A DNA stretch of 64,000 nucleotides. Source: an archaeon. Lineage in GTDB: Archaea; Iainarchaeota; Iainarchaeia; Iainarchaeales; JAAZKV01. The notes beneath the pieces were generated by a model. It saw nothing but the letters and a program-made list of their open reading frames with translations, ran no database searches and was not told the DNA's origin. The translations under genes and the position numbers were made by a program. This document shows, one piece after another, positions 48,879-56,437 of the stretch; positions within the stretch are counted from its first letter, which is position 1; every line of letters starts with the position of its first letter. The DNA lies in contig JBAZUY010000001.1 in assembly GCA_041661245.1 (NCBI GenBank), positions 156,355 to 220,354 on the forward strand, given 5' to 3'.

Positions 48879-48986
48879 AAGTAAATTAACTTATTTTAAA
48901 CTTACAGTTCTAACTAACACCGGCAAAACACTTACTCCAATATTTATAAATTCTCAAAATAAGTTTCTTTTCAAGGAGGTATTTTT

Positions 48987-49307
48987 GTGCAAAAAGAGCA
49001 TGATTCATTATTGATTCAAAATGAATCATTTAAAAGTTCTTCGTTTCAGAGTAATAGTATGAACGTTGTCGTTAAAGGAGTTCCAAAACAAGTACTTGAA
49101 GAAATGCTTGCAAAAGGTTATGCGAGTACTCAATCAGAAGCCATTAGATTAGCTCTCTTTTGGTTTGGACAAAGCAGACTAAATTTAGACGAACTCGCAG
49201 CAAAAAAAATGGACAAACTTTATGCAGACATAAAAAGCGGCAAAAGAAAAACATACACTTTGAAGCAGATGGTACAAAAATACCCTGAATTCAAAGAGCT
49301 GATGTAA
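48987..49307 (+). CDS. Ribbon-helix-helix (CopG/Arc-type) antitoxin
   Basis: GTG start preceded by SD-like AAGGAGGT. NVVVKGVPKQVLEEMLAKGYASTQSEAIRLAL is an RHH pattern. Abuts the toxin gene. Confidence 0.55.
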   Translation: MQKEHDSLLIQNESFKSSSFQSNSMNVVVKGVPKQVLEEMLAKGYASTQSEAIRLALFWFGQSRLNLDELAAKKMDKLYADIKSGKRKTYTLKQMVQKYPEFKELM

Positions 49308-49562
49308 TTGTTTGAAATAATTCCTTCTGACGACTGGTATAAATGGTGGGATAAAGTTCCTCGCGAACAACACCAAAGAATAATCAAAAAAATGCACGAA
49401 CTAAAAGAGGACAAACAATTCAGACACTTAAAATTGGGTTCCCCCCACTTTGTGCTAGAAGCAGGACAATACAGAATACTTTTCATTGAAGAAGAGAAAA
49501 AACGAATACTTATTTTTGTTGGAAATCATAAGGACTATGAGAAATGGATTGGGATGAAATAA
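49308..49562 (+). CDS. RelE/ParE-family toxin
   Basis: 84 aa; TTG start directly after the antitoxin stop. ...FRHLKLGSPHFVLEAGQYRILFIEEEKKRILIFVGNHKDYEKWI fits the RelE/ParE beta-sheet core. Confidence 0.55.
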   Translation: MFEIIPSDDWYKWWDKVPREQHQRIIKKMHELKEDKQFRHLKLGSPHFVLEAGQYRILFIEEEKKRILIFVGNHKDYEKWIGMK

Positions 49563-49636
49563 ATTAATTCTTGCTTAAATTAATCTAGCAATCATTTCCA
49601 AAATCCTTTTGCAATATTATTAAATATTCACAAAGC

Positions 49637-50455
49637 GTGAGTAATTGTATGTACCGAACGAATAAGCACTTTGGATTAAAGAAGTTAAGAAAGATTGCTG
49701 GCGCTGACTCAAGATGGTTTGTAAGTCCTCACATTGTTTTAACTTCACCAGAGCAATTCAGAATGGCACAAACAAGAGGGAAGGCAAGACTACTTGTTCG
49801 AACTGATGAAGCGGGCAAAAAATATGATTACTTTATGCATGATTATATGCCCCGATTTGAAATACCAGGACCCACTCTATTTGGACAAATAGATAATCAA
49901 AAAGTTCGACTAGCTTCACTTGGAGAAAGAGAAATACAAAAAAGACTTGCCCAAGCAAAAGAAGATGCAAATATACAAAGATACCAAGGAAGACTTAGAT
50001 ACATCCTCCACCCAACAAGAAAACGCGAGGACATCGCTTGGACAGGACGAATACTAATAAGACAAGAAAGAGAAGTTACAAGGGACAAAAGAGGATTCAT
50101 ACAATTCCCCCAAATAGAAATAAGTCTCACAAAAAGCCCAAAACCTTATGAAAAACTCCACCGAAACCTACCCCCAACAACAGAATACAAACTAACATAC
50201 AAAGAAGGAAAATTCTCTCCAACAACACAAAACGCTCCCACAAAACTACAAAAAGAACAACAAAAACAAGCCACCCAAATCCTCACCCGACTCAAAGCAC
50301 TACTAAAAACAGGAGTTGAGTCAAACCAATTAAAACTCGGCCGAACAACCCAAATACATTTTATTTCTTGGAAAGAATCTCCTACTACCCTTGAGTTATT
50401 TGACTTAGAAGAAACACGAGGAGCAACACGAGTAAGAGTAAGAAGATTGAACTAG
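49637..50455 (+). CDS. Hypothetical basic protein
   Basis: 272 aa; no motif. Confidence 0.4.
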   Translation: MSNCMYRTNKHFGLKKLRKIAGADSRWFVSPHIVLTSPEQFRMAQTRGKARLLVRTDEAGKKYDYFMHDYMPRFEIPGPTLFGQIDNQKVRLASLGEREIQKRLAQAKEDANIQRYQGRLRYILHPTRKREDIAWTGRILIRQEREVTRDKRGFIQFPQIEISLTKSPKPYEKLHRNLPPTTEYKLTYKEGKFSPTTQNAPTKLQKEQQKQATQILTRLKALLKTGVESNQLKLGRTTQIHFISWKESPTTLELFDLEETRGATRVRVRRLN

Positions 50456-50540
50456 GGGGAAAATTTAGAAAGATAAGCGGAATTAGGAGTTTTGAACTGC
50501 GGTCTGCAGATTAATAAAGGACTTTGAACTTATACTAAGT

Positions 50541-51266
50541 ATGCCGGACGCAACCAAAATAGAGACTATTAGCGAACTTTTGAAAGCCGCCAAATGGCTT
50601 GAGGGAAAAACACTTGCAGAGATTTCAGATAGCATAAAAGACGAAGATTTTGTTCCAAGAGTATCATCAAAAGCTTATGTTGGATACGTTATTGAGAAAG
50701 GGTATTTTCAAATAGAACGAAACAATGATTCTAAACCAGATTTTCCCCAACTCGGAGTTGAATTAAAAACCTGCCCTTTAAAATATAATAAATCAAAAAC
50801 TAAGCTTACTGTTAAAGAACCGCTTTCTTTGAATATAATTAATTATAAGTTAGAATGTCAAAATACTGATTTAACTGAATCATCTCTATTTAAGAAAAAT
50901 AGAACTATTTTGTTTGTATTTTATATTCACGATTTTGAGAAAAAACGCTCAGAATATTTAATTAAATACACCTTTATCTGGCATATGGATAAACAAGTTA
51001 TTTCTGAGTTAAATCCGGATTATCTGAAAATAATCAAAATGATAAACGCAGGAAAAGCACATGAGATTCATCAAGACCAACATAAATATTTGACTATTTG
51101 CCCAAAACACGGAGGCAAATTCAAAGACCCTCTTTGCAAGAAATCAAAGACTACCCAACCATTTAGCAAAGCTCCTGCCGAAGTAAGGGCGTTTAGACTC
51201 AAAAATGCATATGTTGATTTAATAATTTCTCGAGAATTAGAAACAAATCCCTACTGGCCCCGTTAA
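50541..51266 (+). CDS. MutH/Sau3AI-family restriction endonuclease
   Basis: DFPQLGVELKTCPL closely matches the MutH catalytic block DFAALGVELKTIPV (D...E-x-K). Confidence 0.65.
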   Translation: MPDATKIETISELLKAAKWLEGKTLAEISDSIKDEDFVPRVSSKAYVGYVIEKGYFQIERNNDSKPDFPQLGVELKTCPLKYNKSKTKLTVKEPLSLNIINYKLECQNTDLTESSLFKKNRTILFVFYIHDFEKKRSEYLIKYTFIWHMDKQVISELNPDYLKIIKMINAGKAHEIHQDQHKYLTICPKHGGKFKDPLCKKSKTTQPFSKAPAEVRAFRLKNAYVDLIISRELETNPYWPR

Positions 51267-51301
51267 AGCTATTACTAATCCTCGTGTGTGATTTGTTAAT
51301 T

Positions 51302-52594
51302 CTATTCAGATTCAACAATTTTCAACAAGGTCTTACCAAGTTTTTCTATTACCCCAACAACCAACGCATTGCCCATCATAAAGTATCTCCATCGCAAAGG
51401 CATCCCACAGTCAGTCCATCCTCGAGGGAACTCGTTTAATGCCTCGCATTCTTCAGGAGTCAATAAACGCAACTTATTAGTTTTTGGATCCATTACCACA
51501 TGAGTAGATCGGTTCAAAGTGGCTTCGGAAGTAAGCATTGTCCTTGAAGGTAAGTTAAGATTATCCGGAAAAGCCATTCCCCCCTCGGCATAACTATATT
51601 CATGCCCACTTTTAGATTTACGATTAATCTTTTTAGCACCCTTAAGATAATTCCATTTTTCCAAACTTCCATTTATGAATAATTTATCAGGAACGACAAG
51701 TTTAGTTTCAGTTATTATTTCATGTAACGGTTTTTGCTTAGATAAAACTGGAAGTACCTTAATTGTTTCAACAACCCCTTTGGAATCCATAAACCCCGAA
51801 TTTTTGAAACTCGCTTCAAATTTATCTGAAACTGCTTTCAAATTCCCAAATGAACCTAAATCATAAGTTTCTCTAATGGACAAATCGGATTTTTCAATAT
51901 CAAATTGATTGATAAAAAATCCTTTCGATTTTATTACATCCACGTGAGATAATCCCGAAAGTTTTTTTGCATATGAAGTAGTTTTATTTGCAGCAAAAAT
52001 AAATGTTCGTCTTCTTCTTTGAGGGTGCCCGTACTCCGCGGCATTGATTACTCGCCACTCAACAACGTATCCCAACTCATTAAGGCACTTTAGAATTACT
52101 CCAAAATCCCGACCTCTTTGTTTTGCAGGAGATTTAATCAAACGATCAACATTTTCTAAAAGAACAAATTTAGGTTTTTTGCTTTCAATAATATCTCTTA
52201 TTGACCACCACAATACCCCTTTCTTTCCTTCAATTCCTTTCGCACCAGTTGTTGCAACTGAATAATCCTGACAAGGAAATCCACCAACCAACAAATCGTG
52301 ATTAGGAACATCTTTTTTTACTTTATTGATATCAGCACAAACAACAGTTGATTCTTTATTTGAAATGTGATTCGAGTCAAGTGATTTTTCAAAAAAATCT
52401 TTTCCAAAATAATTTTGAGTATAACATTGGAAAGCATATTGAGTCTGATGACTTTTACCCGGTTCCCATTGATTCGCCCAAATAGTTTGAAACACATCTT
52501 TTGAAGCCCTTTCAAAACCAAGTCGAAATCCACCAACACCGGCAAAAAGTTCTACAACTTTAATTTTACCTTTCATGATGATAAGAGGGATCAA
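51302..52594 (-). CDS. DNA (cytosine-5)-methyltransferase
   Basis: Motif I ELFAGVGGFRLGFE, motif IV GGFPCQDYS, motif VI ENV. Convergent with the endonuclease gene. Confidence 0.85.
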   Translation of the reverse strand: MIPLIIMKGKIKVVELFAGVGGFRLGFERASKDVFQTIWANQWEPGKSHQTQYAFQCYTQNYFGKDFFEKSLDSNHISNKESTVVCADINKVKKDVPNHDLLVGGFPCQDYSVATTGAKGIEGKKGVLWWSIRDIIESKKPKFVLLENVDRLIKSPAKQRGRDFGVILKCLNELGYVVEWRVINAAEYGHPQRRRRTFIFAANKTTSYAKKLSGLSHVDVIKSKGFFINQFDIEKSDLSIRETYDLGSFGNLKAVSDKFEASFKNSGFMDSKGVVETIKVLPVLSKQKPLHEIITETKLVVPDKLFINGSLEKWNYLKGAKKINRKSKSGHEYSYAEGGMAFPDNLNLPSRTMLTSEATLNRSTHVVMDPKTNKLRLLTPEECEALNEFPRGWTDCGMPLRWRYFMMGNALVVGVIEKLGKTLLKIVESE

Positions 52595-52611
52595 AAGCTT
52601 TTAAAACATTT

Positions 52612-52628
52612 GGAGAGTGTTTTGCCGG
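52612..52628 (+). promoter_or_regulatory. Recurrent motif GGAGAGTGTTTTGCCGG in the divergent MTase/52666 promoter region
   Basis: One of 7 instances of GGAG..GTGTTTTGCCGG. The others are at 48919-48937 (rc), 21852-21869 (rc), 21789-21800 (rc), 33680-33694, 38246-38262 and 29246-29263. Lies just upstream of the A/T-rich TATA-like box TTTTAATA. Confidence 0.5.
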
Positions 52629-52665
52629 CAACAAGATTTTAATACCCTTTTTCCATTGATTCAAT

Positions 52666-53841
52666 ATGCAACCAAAAAATGAAGAAGCATATAAAACGCT
52701 TAAACAAGCGTATGAACGTATTTTAAAAGAAGCTATTAATAAGAGTCATTATTTGAAAATTAATAATTTTCCAGCATATTCTGTTGAAGAAATTCTAAAG
52801 CTCTATAAAGAATTATCTGATGGAGCAGAACTTGAACTAATAAAAAATAATGATGAAAAACTATACTTTTCAATAATATCTTACTTTGAAAGTATCAAAA
52901 AAATCAACATTTTTCAGATAATCCTTCCGAAACTAATCAAAGACTCTGCAACACAATATTTTTCAAGTAAACCTGAATCTGAAAAGCTAATTTCAGGATT
53001 TGAATTTTGGTACATTAAAAACTCACCCCTATTCAAAGAAAGCTTTATTAGCGAAGTTACAAAAGGGCAGGAATTATCCAAAAGTTACCCCCAACTTAGG
53101 GCATATGCAAATCATTGCACAGGAATGTCAATGGAAAAACTAATCACCCACATCCCTCAAGAAAGTGCTTTATTTGAAAGAATAGAGGCTGGGCTAAAAA
53201 GTACAGACGAATATAAAGTTTTCATCAAAGAATTTAATTTATTTAATAAACTCGGGACAGAACTACCAGACAGAATCCGAAAGAGAATTTCAAAAGAATC
53301 TATGGAAACCTCTGAAAAACCAACACTTTCATTTGTAAGAGACCCTTTATTTTTAGCAGTAATTGGAATTTTTGGAGGATTACTCCTTGTAGTCTTTTTT
53401 GGAAATTTTACCGGATTTTTTACACAGTTGTTGCAACCACAACACAATTCCGATTTTCAAAGAGACACAAACCAAGAGATTTTTAATCAACTACACTCCG
53501 ATATTAATATTGTCAGGCAAGATGACCTCAACACCCCACCCACAAATACGGAAAAAATACAACCCCCCACTGAACCTCAGCTCACCTTTAACAATTTCTA
53601 TGAAGGCTACAATCAAGGATTTATTATTCAAAATAATACTGATTCAGACATCAATGCAAAATTAAGCTACACACGAATCCTTGACGGATACTATAATCCA
53701 GGATATTGTTCGGGCAACTATGCCGAAACAAAAGAAGTATTTATTACAGCCCATAGCAATTATTCTATAAATATACCTGGGGGGCAGTGTTCGGGGCACA
53801 TAGATAAAAATTCAATAATGTATACACTCTACCAGAAATAA
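52666..53841 (+). CDS. Hypothetical single-pass membrane protein
   Basis: 391 aa. Central TM FLAVIGIFGGLLLVVFFGNF; N-terminal helical domain; C-terminal Asn/Tyr-rich domain. Confidence 0.45.
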   Translation: MQPKNEEAYKTLKQAYERILKEAINKSHYLKINNFPAYSVEEILKLYKELSDGAELELIKNNDEKLYFSIISYFESIKKINIFQIILPKLIKDSATQYFSSKPESEKLISGFEFWYIKNSPLFKESFISEVTKGQELSKSYPQLRAYANHCTGMSMEKLITHIPQESALFERIEAGLKSTDEYKVFIKEFNLFNKLGTELPDRIRKRISKESMETSEKPTLSFVRDPLFLAVIGIFGGLLLVVFFGNFTGFFTQLLQPQHNSDFQRDTNQEIFNQLHSDINIVRQDDLNTPPTNTEKIQPPTEPQLTFNNFYEGYNQGFIIQNNTDSDINAKLSYTRILDGYYNPGYCSGNYAETKEVFITAHSNYSINIPGGQCSGHIDKNSIMYTLYQK

Positions 53842-53870
53842 AAATTTATATAATATGAAAAAATACTGCG

Positions 53871-54701
53871 TTAAGGCCAAGTATACCCTAATTTAAGGTT
53901 TGGAATTTTCCCATCAAGCTCATCTTGAATTTTGTCAATAAATTCTGCAAGATGCTCAATATTTACAACAAAAACTGTTTTTAGGTGTGCACCAACTCTT
54001 GCTTGCTGAGGGAGTGCTAAAGGCTTACCGCCAACATCCATAATTTCCGGAAAATCGTATGCAATGTAGGGCACCTCAGTTATGGGCGCAATCTCAGTTA
54101 ATTCCCCGACTGAATTAAGACCTGCTTTAGAATAATCTATCACGCCTAATTTTGCGTTAGTAACAATAATTGGAACAAAAATTCCCTGAACAAATTTCTT
54201 TTTCAACACATCTATTAAAACACAACGCAATTCTTTAAGCACCTGACGAACATTTTCATTAACCTCTTTATAAGAAACATTTACTTGGCCTCTTGATTTG
54301 CTGAGCCGTTTTTGTTCATTAATTTCAATAACGACATCAGAATAAGTGCCCCTAATAGAAGACCCAGTAGTGTGAACCAAAGGGGCCCAGTCTTTTTTTA
54401 TATGTGCAATATAAAGATGAGCTGGACGCTCAGCAACAATCGGAAAAAGCCAAGTATATGCAGTTCTTTTACATTCAATAATAAAAGTGTAATGCCCGAG
54501 CATATTTGAAACATGACTAATTATGTCTACTTCCACTCTCGAACCATCTTCATCAGAATAAACCTGTCCCCTGTTAAGAGACACTGTACCATGTACACCC
54601 TCTAAAACTTTTACCGCTTTGTCTTCCAAAAGGAGCCCTTTTCTATTAACAACTTTTACCAATTCAGGAAGTTCAGAGCTTAAAAGTAATTCGCCGGGCA
54701 T
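53871..54701 (-). CDS. PD-(D/E)xK nuclease-like protein (second gene of two-gene cassette)
   Basis: EVDIISHV...(17 aa)...FIIECKRT gives D-x(n)-E-C-K spacing typical of the restriction-endonuclease fold; 276 aa. Confidence 0.5.
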   Translation of the reverse strand: MPGELLLSSELPELVKVVNRKGLLLEDKAVKVLEGVHGTVSLNRGQVYSDEDGSRVEVDIISHVSNMLGHYTFIIECKRTAYTWLFPIVAERPAHLYIAHIKKDWAPLVHTTGSSIRGTYSDVVIEINEQKRLSKSRGQVNVSYKEVNENVRQVLKELRCVLIDVLKKKFVQGIFVPIIVTNAKLGVIDYSKAGLNSVGELTEIAPITEVPYIAYDFPEIMDVGGKPLALPQQARVGAHLKTVFVVNIEHLAEFIDKIQDELDGKIPNLKLGYTWP

Positions 54702-54710
54702 TAATTCACC

Positions 54711-55286
54711 TTATTTTTTTAATTTTTCCAAAACAATTTGATTATCTCTCAAAACATCTTTTAGTTCGTTATAACATTGAATACCCAAATCCACAGTTTC
54801 TAAAACTTTGTTTTCAGCATCTCTTTGAAAACGAGAATCGTCAAGATAATCATTTTCGTCAAGAAGATTATAATGCCCAATATTAGAGTGAAGTATTTTA
54901 TTTCTCAATTCTTTAAAACTTTTAATCTTTTTCCTTAAACTTGCTGGAGGAAATACTAAGTTAGAGTGCTTTGGTTTAACGCTTGACCTTTTTAATAAAT
55001 CTAATTTTACCATCCCTGAGAAAAACACAAACTCTTGCCTCAGAGACAACTCAAGAAAATCAATAAGTTCGGCACATTCCTCAGTGGAATAAATTTGACT
55101 TACCACAGAGTCAAGCAAATAATCGACATAAGCGTCAAGTCTTGCAATAACTTCTAGATAATATCCCTTTTTTTTAGGTTCAATAATCTCTTTGTCAAAA
55201 TCAAGTGCAGTCTCTATTTCCCCTTTATCTAATAATCGAGTAGGCATCTTACTTACCTCTCCCTTCGTGCTTTGAAAGTTACCCAC
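54711..55286 (-). CDS. HEPN-like protein (Rx4H motif), first gene of cassette
   Basis: ELRNKILHSNIGHY contains R-x4-H, the HEPN RNase signature. 191 aa; 9 bp upstream of the nuclease-like gene. Confidence 0.4.
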   Translation of the reverse strand: MGNFQSTKGEVSKMPTRLLDKGEIETALDFDKEIIEPKKKGYYLEVIARLDAYVDYLLDSVVSQIYSTEECAELIDFLELSLRQEFVFFSGMVKLDLLKRSSVKPKHSNLVFPPASLRKKIKSFKELRNKILHSNIGHYNLLDENDYLDDSRFQRDAENKVLETVDLGIQCYNELKDVLRDNQIVLEKLKK

Positions 55287-55402
55287 CCACGAGATGTCTT
55301 AAAACGAACCCATCCCTTTTTCTTATCATCCATAACAAAAACAAAATGCGGAACTTTTTATATGCTTATCGAATGAATTAAAAACTAAATAATCAACTGA
55401 CC

Positions 55403-56209
55403 TTATTTTCTACCAATATGCAAAATGTCGTAAACTATTTGAGCCAACCAAAGCATTTTGTAGGATAGGGCATAATGTACTTGATACCAAAAAGATTTAT
55501 TTTTCCAGTTCTTATTAAGTCTCTTTTTAGCTATTAAAACTACTTTAGCATATCTCTTCCTTGACATATTGGCAACAGCATTATACTCCGCAACCCCTTC
55601 ACTGAAGGTTTGAGCAACAAAAAATAGCAAAACAGACATAATCAACGCAAAAGCAAAACAAACTAAACTTATAAATAAAAATTCAAAATTTAATCGTAAA
55701 AAGAATAGAATAATCCCCACAACAATAGCCGCCAATAACTGTATTGAAGATAACCCAAAGATAAATGAGAAAAAGAATAACAGCACTACAGTTAATTTAA
55801 GGAAAATATTTGTCTCAGAATGTCCCAACTCGTGCAATAGAGTGTACTCCAACTCGTCTTTTGATCGAGACAAAACTCGCTTATTTATTATTATTGACCC
55901 ATAAATTGTTTTTTGGCCCCCAAACCAGTCTTTGTCATCTTGGTAAATGTAAACCGTAACATTCTTTCCCGAGGACAAAGAGTAGGTTTTCTTTCTCAAA
56001 AATGCTTTGTCACACTTTTTAAGATAATAAAAAGTTTTTTCATCCATCGAACCAAAAAAAGGCAACAAATATAAGGTATCTAAAATAATCATTCTTATTG
56101 AATCTACCAAACTATGCAAAGACAACCCCATAATTAAAATAGATAATTTTTCTATATGAACCTTTTGGTTCAAAAAAACATTAAAAGCAAAGGGCTTTCG
56201 CCCTTCCAC
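55403..56209 (-). CDS. Membrane zinc metallopeptidase-like protein (HExxH)
   Basis: YTLLHELGHSE followed by several TM helices. Confidence 0.5.
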   Translation of the reverse strand: MEGRKPFAFNVFLNQKVHIEKLSILIMGLSLHSLVDSIRMIILDTLYLLPFFGSMDEKTFYYLKKCDKAFLRKKTYSLSSGKNVTVYIYQDDKDWFGGQKTIYGSIIINKRVLSRSKDELEYTLLHELGHSETNIFLKLTVVLLFFFSFIFGLSSIQLLAAIVVGIILFFLRLNFEFLFISLVCFAFALIMSVLLFFVAQTFSEGVAEYNAVANMSRKRYAKVVLIAKKRLNKNWKNKSFWYQVHYALSYKMLWLAQIVYDILHIGRK

Positions 56210-56397
56210 TTTTAGACCTTGTTTTGTTCAGACTCTAAAAAAGAACTTGCACAACATACAAGAACAACCAAAGAGCCAATGTAGCTAAAAATATTTTTTG
56301 CATCTTAAAACCTCCGTGGGATGAAGCATCAACAGAACATTTAAGAAAACTACTCAAAAAGAGTGTCTTTTTTTCAGAACTACTAAAAAAATAGAAT

Positions 56398-56423
56398 CGT
56401 AGCAGGGGCTAAGCCCCCACTAC
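56398..56423 (-). terminator. Hairpin GTAGcaGGGGCtaaGCCCCcaCTAC downstream of ppdK
   Basis: GC stem about 15 nt after the ppdK stop, followed on the minus strand by a T-rich tract. Confidence 0.4.
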
Positions 56424-56437
56424 AACTAATAATTAAT

